Assembly: GCA_963785725.1 (NCBI GenBank) | Contig: CAWAWS010000006.1 | Location: 224,001-288,000, forward strand | Reading direction: 5' to 3' | DNA length: 64,000 bases | From: an uncultured delta proteobacterium | Lineage (GTDB): Bacteria > Myxococcota_A > Polyangia > Palsa-1104 | In this document: positions 1 through 8,681 of the stretch, piece by piece | Layout: every line of letters begins with the position of its first letter | Position numbering within the stretch: the first letter of the stretch is position 1 | The notes under the pieces: generated by a model | Database searches by the model: none | Seen by the model: the letters and a program-made list of their open reading frames with translations, nothing else | What the model was told of the DNA's origin: nothing | Position numbers and translations under genes: made by a program

Positions 1-1134
1 CGCCGTCGCCGCCTCGACTTCGCACTGGCGGCGATGGCCCCGCGTGGGCTCGACAGCCTCGACGAGCGCGTGCGCGACGCTTTGCGCATCGGCGCCTATC
101 AGATCCTCTTCTTGCGCGTGCCGGCTCACGCTGCCGTCGATGATGCCGTCGGCGCCATCAAGCGCGTGCGCGGACAGAAGCTGGCCAACTTCGCCAACGC
201 GCTCTTGCGCCGCCTCGATCGCGACGGTGAGCCGCCGCCGCCGCGGGATCCGCTCGTCGCGCTCGCGATCGTCGAGTCGGCGCCCGATTGGCTCGTCGCC
301 GACGCCGTCGCGCGCTTCGGGCTCGACGAGGCGCGCGCGTATTTGGCGTCGCTGAACGTGCCGGCGCCGATGTGGCTGCGCGTCAACACGCTGAAGTCCA
401 CCCGCGAGCAGGCGATGGAGGCGCTCGCCGTCGAGCGGCCGGGCGCGACGTTGACGGCGTCGCCGGCGCTCGCCGAAGCCTTTCGCATCGACGGCGGCGG
501 CGATCCCTCGGCGTCACGCGCGTTCTTGGACGGGCTCGTCTCGCCGCAAGATCTGGCGGCGCAACGCGTGGCACATCTCGTCGATCCGCAGCCGGGCGAG
601 CGCATCCTCGACGCCTGCGCCGGCGTGGGCGGCAAGTCGGCGCATCTGGCGGCGCTCGCCGGCGATCGCGCGCGCATCGACAGCGCCGACGTCTCCGAAC
701 GCAAGCTCGACCTCGGCCGCGAGCTCAGCCGTCGCCTCGGCGTCACGTCGACGACCGCCATCGCCTGCGACCTCACCGACGCCGCGGCGCCGCTGGCTCA
801 CGCTTACGATCGGCTGCTCCTCGACGCGCCGTGCAGCGGGCTCGGCGTGTTGCGGCGCCATCCCGAGGCCAAGTGGCGCCGTCAGCCCGAAGATCGCGCC
901 GAGCTGGCCGCTCTGCAGGCGCGGCTCGTCGACGCGCTGGCGCCGCGCGTGAAGCCGGGCGGCGTCCTGGTCTACTCCGTGTGCACGTACAGTGACGAGG
1001 AGGGCCCGTTGCAGCTGCGCCGGCTGCTGGCGAAACATCCGCAGTTTACCGTCGAGGGCGAGCCGCTCGTCACCTGGCCGCATCGCGACGACGCGGACGC
1101 GTTCTACGCCGTGCGTTTACGCCGCACGCACTGA
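1..1134 (+). CDS. rsmB: 16S rRNA m5C967 methyltransferase RsmB/Sun (5' end outside window)
   Basis: NusB-like N-terminus (LRIGAYQIL, FANALLR), SAM motif ILDACAGVGGKS, catalytic DAPCSG and YSVCT motifs; frame is open from base 1. Confidence 0.93.
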   Translation, partial: RRRRLDFALAAMAPRGLDSLDERVRDALRIGAYQILFLRVPAHAAVDDAVGAIKRVRGQKLANFANALLRRLDRDGEPPPPRDPLVALAIVESAPDWLVADAVARFGLDEARAYLASLNVPAPMWLRVNTLKSTREQAMEALAVERPGATLTASPALAEAFRIDGGGDPSASRAFLDGLVSPQDLAAQRVAHLVDPQPGERILDACAGVGGKSAHLAALAGDRARIDSADVSERKLDLGRELSRRLGVTSTTAIACDLTDAAAPLAHAYDRLLLDAPCSGLGVLRRHPEAKWRRQPEDRAELAALQARLVDALAPRVKPGGVLVYSVCTYSDEEGPLQLRRLLAKHPQFTVEGEPLVTWPHRDDADAFYAVRLRRTH

Positions 1135-1273
1135 GCTGGCCGAGCGCGGCTTGCGCCAAGCGTCGCGGTCGCGCGCGCCGAGCGCTTACTCTGCCGTGCG
1201 TTTACGCCGCGCGAGGTGACGACGGGACGCCTTTTACCCTGTGCGCGCGCGCTCGGCGCACTAGAATGTCGGC

Positions 1274-1948
1274 ATGCATCGCCCCATCAAGATCGCGCCG
1301 TCGATCCTGAGCGCGGACTTCGGTCGCCTCGCCGACGAAGTGCGCGCCATCGGCAGCGCCGACTACGTTCACGTCGACGTCATGGACGGCCACTTCGTTC
1401 CCAACTTGACCATCGGGCCCATGGTCGTCGCCGCCATTCGCAAGGCGACGTCGCTGCCGCTCGATGTGCACCTCATGATCGAGGAGCCGACGCGCTACAT
1501 CGACGACTTCGCCAAGGCCGGCGCCGATCTGATCGGCGTGCACGAAGAGGCCTGCATCCACTTGCATCGCGCCGTGCAGCAGATCAAGCACGCCGGGAAG
1601 CGCGCGTCGGTGACGCTCAATCCGCACACGCCGTGGGAGCACATCCGCTACGTGCTGCAAGACGTCGATCAAGTGCTCATCATGTCGGTCAATCCGGGCT
1701 TCGGCGGGCAGTCGTTCATCCCCAATGTGCTGCCCAAGATTCGCGAGCTGCGCGCCGAAATCCTCGCCCGCGGCCTCGACGTCGACATCGAGGTCGACGG
1801 CGGCATCAAAGTCGACAACATCGCGACCGTCGCCGAGGCCGGCGCCAACGTCTTCGTCGCCGGCAGCGCCGTCTTCGAACGCCCCGACTACAACGGCACC
1901 ATCGCCGCCCTCCGCCGCAACGCCGAAGCCGCGCTCGCCCGCAGCTAA
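1274..1948 (+). CDS. rpe: Ribulose-phosphate 3-epimerase
   Basis: [46 protein letters not shown] motifs. Confidence 0.97.
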   Translation: MHRPIKIAPSILSADFGRLADEVRAIGSADYVHVDVMDGHFVPNLTIGPMVVAAIRKATSLPLDVHLMIEEPTRYIDDFAKAGADLIGVHEEACIHLHRAVQQIKHAGKRASVTLNPHTPWEHIRYVLQDVDQVLIMSVNPGFGGQSFIPNVLPKIRELRAEILARGLDVDIEVDGGIKVDNIATVAEAGANVFVAGSAVFERPDYNGTIAALRRNAEAALARS

Positions 1949-2166
1949 TTTTCGATCGGCTACTGCACCTGGGGTACGCGCCGGCGCTTCGCGCGTGCGC
2001 CCGCGATAAGTCTCCGGACGATCTGCCCGACTCGAAGATGGCCGACTCCGACGGAGCGACGCCACGCGCGCGCACCGCGCGCCCGCGTGGCCTCGCCGGC
2101 GGGCAAACGGCCGCTCGCGCGGATATTCGCCGTCATCCGGCGCGAGCTGCGCGGCGCCGCTAAGCC

Positions 2167-3653
2167 CAATGCCGTTCGGATAAGGTGGAGCGTCGGCGAG
2201 GTCATGGTGCCGGTTTGGGGCGCTTGCGGTTGTAGCTGGACATCTTGATCTTCACTTCCCGAGGCAGAACGCGGCCTGTGCGACGCTCGGGGAGCACCAA
2301 AAGCCTGAGCCGACGGGCCAACTCGTCGAGCTGTTTGGGGATGGCGCCCGGCGGCGAGTTCGAGCACCAGATCCACTCATCTCGAATGAGATCGAGCGCG
2401 TTGATGAAGCTGATGCGCGTGGGCGCCACTCCAACCTCGTCGGCCACGCGCTCGATCTCCAAGCGGATCAGGTTGTACGCCAGCGCGATCCCCCAGAGCT
2501 CTTGTCTGATTCCCGCTGGCGTTCGACTCCGAATGCACTCTTCTCGCGCCAGCAAGTGCGTCTTGACCTCGTCGTAGGCGAGCTCGATTTCCCAGCGCTC
2601 ATGGTAGAGCTCGATGACCTCGTCCGCTGGATATTGCTCGGCGTCTACCAGCGACGTCAGCAGCGTCGATGGACGGAAGCCGCGGCGTTGATAGCGGACC
2701 GCACGCAGGCTGACTGTCGCGGGCAGCTCGGGCGTCTCCTTTCGCGCTTCTCGCGATAGTGGGATTTCGACTAGATGATCGCCTTTGCCGAGCATCTTTA
2801 CGATCTTCACCGGAGTCCGCGACTTGAGGCGCGTCAGGAAGTGCTTCTCTTTGCCGCTAGCGCGAAGTTGAACCAGCGACGGCAACGGTGCACCTCGGTC
2901 GACCAGCGTCAACGAATGTTCGGGCACTTCGCGCCACAGCTCATTGGCGAGCGTCACTTCGCCGGTCGCGTAGCTCGCGAAACGAAAGGCCGAGAGGATA
3001 TGCGAACGCGCGGCCATCAGCCCGACGATACGAACCATCGGATAACCGCTCATCCCGTGTTGAGCACCCGCGGATTGTCCGCCGAATTCTGCGCGGTTAT
3101 CGACGGAGTCAGGCACACGTAAAGTCGTGCCGTCGTATACGTAAACGCTCAGCTCGCGCCATCGATGGCGCTCGGCGCTGCGCGCCGACCATTCGGCAGC
3201 GGTGGAATGGAACAAATAGGCGAGAGGCTCCTCACCGAGTCGCTGGCGAGCCTCGGCGATCGCGCTCTTAGCCACCAGCCTTCCCGTCGCGCTGGGCAGA
3301 CACAGGTCCAGGCTCGCGACGACGCGTTCGATGGCGCGATTGCGAAACAGCGCCATGCCCAGGACAATCCACAGCACCTGCACGGCCGGCAGCCGTCGCT
3401 TGCGCAGCGTTGCGACGCCGGTTGCGGCCAGTGCCTCTTCAAGCTGCACCGGGTTGAGGTGGCGGGTGAAATTCTCGAACGAATCCGGCGTCGCTCGGAC
3501 TGCCGTGTACTGTAGGGCGCCTTCGAGTAGCATGCGATTGCACCAGGGATGATCGCTGAATCCTGATCTCCTCAGCGCCGCGCGCTACTTTCTGCGGAGC
3601 GCTATTCAAAAACCCCGCAGCGACGATCACTTGCAGCTATCCGATCGGCATTG
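2167..3653 (-). mobile_element. IS4-family insertion sequence, 1487 bp
   Basis: Terminal IRs CAATGCCGTTCGGATA (2167-2182) and TATCCGATCGGCATTG (3638-3653) match at 15/16; 10-bp direct repeat CCGCTAAGCC at 2157-2166 and 3654-3663; encodes a single transposase. Confidence 0.95.
2202..3533 (-). CDS. IS4-family DDE transposase
   Basis: DGTT, DRG and YHERWEIELAYDEVK (YREK) motifs; N-terminal RKRRLP segment typical of IS4. Confidence 0.95.
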   Translation of the reverse strand: MLLEGALQYTAVRATPDSFENFTRHLNPVQLEEALAATGVATLRKRRLPAVQVLWIVLGMALFRNRAIERVVASLDLCLPSATGRLVAKSAIAEARQRLGEEPLAYLFHSTAAEWSARSAERHRWRELSVYVYDGTTLRVPDSVDNRAEFGGQSAGAQHGMSGYPMVRIVGLMAARSHILSAFRFASYATGEVTLANELWREVPEHSLTLVDRGAPLPSLVQLRASGKEKHFLTRLKSRTPVKIVKMLGKGDHLVEIPLSREARKETPELPATVSLRAVRYQRRGFRPSTLLTSLVDAEQYPADEVIELYHERWEIELAYDEVKTHLLAREECIRSRTPAGIRQELWGIALAYNLIRLEIERVADEVGVAPTRISFINALDLIRDEWIWCSNSPPGAIPKQLDELARRLRLLVLPERRTGRVLPREVKIKMSSYNRKRPKPAP

Positions 3654-3660
3654 CCGCTAA

Positions 3661-3892
3661 GCCGCGACCGCCGACCGCCCGCCGCGACGGCCGACCGTGC
3701 GCCGCGACCGCGCGCCGCGACCACCGACCGCCCGCCGCGACCGCCGACCGCCCGTCGCGACCGCCGACCGCGCGCCGCGACAACCGACCGCCCGCCGCGA
3801 CAACCGACCGCGCGCCGCGACAACCGACCGCCCGCCGCGACGGCCGACCGCCCGCCGCGACCGCCCGGCGCGACCGCCGACCGCCCGCCGCG
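3661..3892. repeat. Tandem repeat of ~20-bp unit (CNNCCGACCGCSCGCCGCGA), about 11 imperfect copies
   Basis: Read directly, e.g. CAACCGACCGCCCGCCGCGA / CAACCGACCGCGCGCCGCGA in register from 3721 to 3860. Confidence 0.9.
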
Positions 3893-4219
3893 GCAGCCGC
3901 GCGGCCGTCCACGCCGCCGCAAGCTCGCCGCCGATTCGCACGCCGCGCCCGCCGGCGGTCGGCGGGCGCCATCAGTCGGCGACGTCGCGGCGGCGCGCCC
4001 GCCTCCGTCGCGCCGAAGCAGTCGCCCGCTCGGCGGAAGCGCGCGGGCGACCGGTGGTCGCGCGCGCTTCCGCCCCGTCGTGCCGGCCATCGGCGGATCG
4101 CGCAACAGCACGCAAGGCTTATCGCGGGCTCGGTCTCGCAGCGCCGACGTTCGCCCCCAAGCTCAGCCGACCCAGCCGGTGCCGTGTCCGCGTCGCCCGC
4201 CGTTCACCCGCAGCGGCCG

Positions 4220-4711
4220 TTACGGCACGTCATTCGACCGGACGATTTCCCGCTTCGCCCCGTCATGTCCATCGAAGAGCCGGCGATGGAACGCGTACGA
4301 CCGCCGATCCTCGACCCCGCGCGTGTAGTACCCCGCGACCCAGTCCAGCAGCGGCGCCAGCATGCGTTCCTGCAGCTCCGCCGAGCCATACTTGTGCGGC
4401 TCCCAAGGCCGCCGCCGATTATTGGCGACACACGCCTCGCACCCCGGGTTCAGGAACAGCAGCTCCGTCGCTCGCGGCAGCGCCGCCGCCGCCAGATCGC
4501 CGTCGCAGCCTTCGATCACCCAGCGCGCGTGCGCACCGACGAATGCGGCCAAGTCGGCGTGCGCCGCTTCCGTCGGACGCGGCACCGCGATCTGCCGCGG
4601 CTCCCAGACGATGCCGTCGAGCTCCAGCCGCGCCAGCCCGTGCGCGCGCTCGAGCTCCGTCGCCAGCGTCGACTTGCCCGATCCCGAATTGCCGATGATG
4701 ACGATTCGCAT
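4220..4711 (-). CDS. P-loop kinase, adenylate/shikimate-kinase-like (FlaR-like)
   Basis: MRIVIIGNSGSGKST Walker A, LDGIVW and WVIEG motifs. Confidence 0.8.
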   Translation of the reverse strand: MRIVIIGNSGSGKSTLATELERAHGLARLELDGIVWEPRQIAVPRPTEAAHADLAAFVGAHARWVIEGCDGDLAAAALPRATELLFLNPGCEACVANNRRRPWEPHKYGSAELQERMLAPLLDWVAGYYTRGVEDRRSYAFHRRLFDGHDGAKREIVRSNDVP

Positions 4712-4739
4712 CGCCTGCGAAATGCCGTGAAAACGCGAG

Positions 4740-5378
4740 CTAGAAGTCGCCGAACAGCTGCGTAATACGGACGTCGAGCGCGCTCGCCACCTTGAACAGC
4801 GACGACACCGACGCCGACGATTCGGCGCGTTCGATCTGCGACAGCAACGAGACCGACAGCTTGGTCCGCCGCGACATCTGCTTCAGCGTCAACCCGCGCG
4901 TCTTGCGCAGCTCGCGAATATTGCGCCCGATGGTCTGGTGCAGCTCGTCCTCCTTGCGGAGAACGAGGCCCTTCTTCTTCGCGATGCGCTCGATGACCGC
5001 GCGGAACTCGTCGACGGAGAACGGCTTCTTGATGTACGCCGAGACGTCATGCTCGATCGACGCCGTCGCCGTCTCCAGCGACGGGTACCCGGTCAGGATG
5101 ATGACGGCGACGTCGTCATCCTGCTTACGGATCATCCCGAGCAAATCAATCCCCGACAGCTTCGGCATCATCAGGTCGACGATGCAGACGTGGTAGTCGC
5201 CGCCCTTGAGCGTCTCGACTACCTGCGTCGGGTCATTGATTGTCGTGACGTTGTACCCGTCGTGGGTGAGGAAATCCTCGAGGTACTCGCAGACATCTTT
5301 GTCGTCATCGACGACGAGGAGATTCAATTGCGAAGACAACGGCCCCCCGGCCACGCCGCCAGGCGCTGGTTGTTCCAA
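4740..5378 (-). CDS. Response regulator: receiver domain plus C-terminal XRE helix-turn-helix (start uncertain)
   Basis: LLVVDDD, DLMMP, TG and KP receiver motifs, then IRELRKTRGLTLKQMS...LSQIER XRE HTH. Confidence 0.9.
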   Translation of the reverse strand: MEQPAPGGVAGGPLSSQLNLLVVDDDKDVCEYLEDFLTHDGYNVTTINDPTQVVETLKGGDYHVCIVDLMMPKLSGIDLLGMIRKQDDDVAVIILTGYPSLETATASIEHDVSAYIKKPFSVDEFRAVIERIAKKKGLVLRKEDELHQTIGRNIRELRKTRGLTLKQMSRRTKLSVSLLSQIERAESSASVSSLFKVASALDVRITQLFGDF

Positions 5379-5386
5379 TGCAAGTA

Positions 5387-5461
<75 letters not shown>

Positions 5462-5475
5462 AATGAAGCCCCCAG

Positions 5476-5504
5476 TACCTAGCCCGACACTGTGTGCTTG
5501 TCAA
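5476..5504 (-). promoter_or_regulatory. Possible sigma70 promoter for tRNA-Pro and the downstream regulator
   Basis: Perfect TTGACA (minus strand, 5499-5504), 17-nt spacer, weak -10 TAGGTA. Confidence 0.45.
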
Positions 5505-5854
5505 CGGGATTAGAGATTTTTCCGCAACTAGCAGCGCTGCGTTCGACCTCGATTCGGATATTCGCACATTTACGCGAGCGCGTCACACTCCGTCGCCGCG
5601 ACCAGGTTGCACACAAACACGCCGACATGCGTCAAAGACCGACGTCAGCGACGGGAAGCATAGCCATGCGCATCGCGAAACGAAGGGGAATCATCTATGT
5701 GGTCCCGGCTCCCGATCTGGGGGGCTAGGCCCCAGTCGTCTCTTTAATTTGTCAATGATTCCGATAGCTGAGACGGGCGCGTCCATTGCAGAGCTGGTCC
5801 GGCACCATGGTCCCCAACCGTCGACTCCGCGAGAACCTCGCCAATGCCGAACGA

Positions 5855-8641
5855 ATGGCAAAGCGGCGCAGTTCATTTGAGGATCAAGCAACCGTCGTAC
5901 CTATGGAAGATGTAGTGCCCGAGGAGACGCGGCCAGGCCGGCTGCGCGACTTTGCGGCCGATCTAGATGTATCCGAATCCGGCATCGAGCTGGGAACGGC
6001 CGATATCGACATCAGCGATCTGACCGGTCAGGCGGATCTGTTGAAGACCACGGCGCATCGGACGCAAAAGCGGCCGCAGCCGAAGAAGCGGTCCAAGGCG
6101 CTGTTCGACTTCGGCGATGACGACCAGACGCGCATCGACCCGTCGCAGGATCCCGATGTCGAAGTCTTGGCCGTCGAAGAGCGCCGCGAGCCGGCCCCGC
6201 GCGTCGTCCAGGCGCGCAAGCTGCCGCTCGAAGAGCTCGCGCCGCCGCGCAAGCCGCCGCTGCCGCACTTCGCGGCGCCGACGCCGGCGCGCAAGCCGCC
6301 GCAGCGCGAGGTCGAGGAAGTCGAAGAGTTCCGCTCCGAGAAGTCGGTCGTGTCGCGCATCGTCATGTCGGTGGTGGCGGCGCTGCCGTCGGCCATTCGC
6401 AAGGCGGTCGACAAGACGGGCGCGCATCAGCTGCCGAAGAAGCAGGCGCCGGCGGCGGACGACGGCCACGCGGAAGACAAGCGCGCGACGCAGACCAGCC
6501 CCGACGCCAGCGCCTGGCGCGAGATGCGCACGTCGCCGATCTTCGACGGTTTGCCCAACGAGGCGCTGCGTGACGCGCTGATGTCCAATGACGCCCAGGT
6601 GTTGCGCGTGGTGCGTGACTCGCTGGTGTCGATCGACGGCGCCGTCGGTTTGGTGCGCTCGGGCCAGGTGGCGCTCGGTCGCTTCACCGAGGAGTCGCTC
6701 GCCGACGAGCGCAAGGCGGCGGCGGTGTTCGCGGCGGCGGCGGCCAAGAAATACGGCAACAGCCACGAGAAGAAGGAGCGCAAGCGGCGCAACGAGGTCG
6801 GTCCGCTCATTCGCTTGGCCGAGCAGAACCTGGCCACGTTCGAAGAGGGCGACATCGTCGAGACCGCGGTCGGCTCGGCCAACCACTCGACGCTCGCCGT
6901 CTACAGCGTCACGCCGGCGGTCGTCATCGTCATCGCCCGCGCGCGCGTCGACTTGTGGCGGCGCATCTATCCGTTCATGGCCGACCGCTTCCGGCGTGCC
7001 GGCGCGGCTGCGCGCGCGAAAGTGGAGGCCACCGACGGCGCGAAGTCGGCCGTGGCCGACTTCTTCATCCGCCATGGCCTGTCGGTGTCGCTGACGTTGC
7101 GCGTGCGCAAGCTCGACGCCTGCATCGAGTGCAAGGCCTGCGAGATCGCCTGCGAAGATCGCTACGGCGTCAAGCGTCTATCGATCAATGGACGCATCCT
7201 CGGCAACCTCGACTTCGTCGACGCCTGCCACACCTGCACCGACGCGCGCTGCATCGATCCCTGCAACTTCGACGCGATCTCGTTCGACGTGCAGCGCAAA
7301 GAGATCCTCATCAAGGAAGACGCGTGCACCGGCTGCACGTTGTGCGCGACGGCGTGCCCTTACAACGCCATCGAGATGCACGAGATGGACGAAGCGCCGC
7401 TCTTGAAGCTGCGCCTGACGAAAGAGAAGAAGCTCGACTTCGGCGAGGGCACGGCGCGCAAAGCCAAGCTGCGTCGTATCGCGTCGAAGTGCGATCACTG
7501 CGCGTTCTACGAGGATCAGGCGTGCGTGACGGCCTGCCCGACCGGCGCGCTGCTCGAGATCATGCCGTCGGACGCGGTGACGCAGCTGCCGGAGCAGGCG
7601 CGCGCGTCGGCCAAGGCCGGCTTCGATCGCACCGTCGCCATCGACGTCAACTCGGTCAACCAGTCGCAGGCGTTCCACAAGGGCGGCATGCGCGATCTGC
7701 CCGACCTCGGGCGCGCGCGGGCCAAGCGCGGCAAGCTGTCGCTGCCGGTGTGGTGGACGCTGGGCGTGGGCGCGTTCCTGCTGTCGTGCGTCGAGATCGC
7801 GCTGCGCCTCTGGCTACCGCGGTACTCGATGGCGTATCTGATGAACACGCTGGTCGAAGGCATCGAGCCCGATCTGGCGCTGGCGCGCGTCAACTACGCG
7901 CCGGGCTGCGAGCTCGCCGTCGACTTCGGCTACGCGGGCACGGCCATGATGATGAGCGGCCTCGCCTACGTCTGGCGCCGGCGCTTCAGCTTCATGCGCA
8001 ACGTCGGCTCCTTGCGCAGCTGGTTCGAGTGGCACGTCTTGACCGGCGTCATCGGACCGGCGTTCATCCTCTTGCACTCGGTGGCCAAGCTCGACAACTG
8101 GGTCTCGCTCGGCTTCTGGAGCATGATCATCACGGTCGCCTCGGGCTTGCTCGGCCGCTACTTCATGACGCAGCTGGAAGAGCGCGCGTCGACGGCAGGC
8201 GTGGAGACGCTCGACATCGATCGCAAGCTGGCCGTGCTGCGTGGCGCGCATCCGGGCGTGCGCGCGGCCGACGTCTGGTACGAAGCCTATCAGCGACGGC
8301 TCGCGAACTTCGAGAAGCGGCTCGGCGGCACGGCGCAAGCGCCGACGTTCTTGGGCTCGCTGGCGACGCTTTGGTACGTCATCAAAGACGACGCCATGCG
8401 CGGACGGCGGCTGCGTCAGCTCAAGAGCCAGCTGCGCAAGACCGTGCACGGCCGCAACACCCGTAGCGTTCGCAAGCAAGCGGCAGTGCTGGCGCACCGG
8501 CTGGCGCTGATGGAGCGGAGGCGCGTCGTGTTGCCGCGTCTCGAGCCGCTGTTCAATCAATGGAAGGCGGTGCACATCCCGATGTCGGTCGTGATGACGG
8601 TGATTACTACCATCCACGTCGTCATCGAATTGCGCCGCTGA
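5855..8641 (+). CDS. Fusion protein: low-complexity N-terminus, degenerate cNMP-binding-like region, 4x[4Fe-4S] ferredoxin domain, and multi-pass membrane domain with four His
   Basis: CIECKACEIAC, CHTCTDARCIDPC, CTGCTLCATACP, CDHC..CVTACP (DmsB/NrfC-type pattern); hydrophobic helices with H-x13-H pairs (HVLTGVIGPAFILLH, HIPMSVVMTVITTIH); ATG 5855 chosen as start; the cNMP-like call is weak. Confidence 0.8.
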   Translation: MAKRRSSFEDQATVVPMEDVVPEETRPGRLRDFAADLDVSESGIELGTADIDISDLTGQADLLKTTAHRTQKRPQPKKRSKALFDFGDDDQTRIDPSQDPDVEVLAVEERREPAPRVVQARKLPLEELAPPRKPPLPHFAAPTPARKPPQREVEEVEEFRSEKSVVSRIVMSVVAALPSAIRKAVDKTGAHQLPKKQAPAADDGHAEDKRATQTSPDASAWREMRTSPIFDGLPNEALRDALMSNDAQVLRVVRDSLVSIDGAVGLVRSGQVALGRFTEESLADERKAAAVFAAAAAKKYGNSHEKKERKRRNEVGPLIRLAEQNLATFEEGDIVETAVGSANHSTLAVYSVTPAVVIVIARARVDLWRRIYPFMADRFRRAGAAARAKVEATDGAKSAVADFFIRHGLSVSLTLRVRKLDACIECKACEIACEDRYGVKRLSINGRILGNLDFVDACHTCTDARCIDPCNFDAISFDVQRKEILIKEDACTGCTLCATACPYNAIEMHEMDEAPLLKLRLTKEKKLDFGEGTARKAKLRRIASKCDHCAFYEDQACVTACPTGALLEIMPSDAVTQLPEQARASAKAGFDRTVAIDVNSVNQSQAFHKGGMRDLPDLGRARAKRGKLSLPVWWTLGVGAFLLSCVEIALRLWLPRYSMAYLMNTLVEGIEPDLALARVNYAPGCELAVDFGYAGTAMMMSGLAYVWRRRFSFMRNVGSLRSWFEWHVLTGVIGPAFILLHSVAKLDNWVSLGFWSMIITVASGLLGRYFMTQLEERASTAGVETLDIDRKLAVLRGAHPGVRAADVWYEAYQRRLANFEKRLGGTAQAPTFLGSLATLWYVIKDDAMRGRRLRQLKSQLRKTVHGRNTRSVRKQAAVLAHRLALMERRRVVLPRLEPLFNQWKAVHIPMSVVMTVITTIHVVIELRR

Positions 8642-8681
8642 CGCTCTTGTCTCGGTCCGCTTTCTAAGCGACGATACGGCC

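Noticed and set aside
3661..3892. CRISPR array
   Set aside because: Repeats are contiguous with no unique spacers, and there are no cas genes in the window
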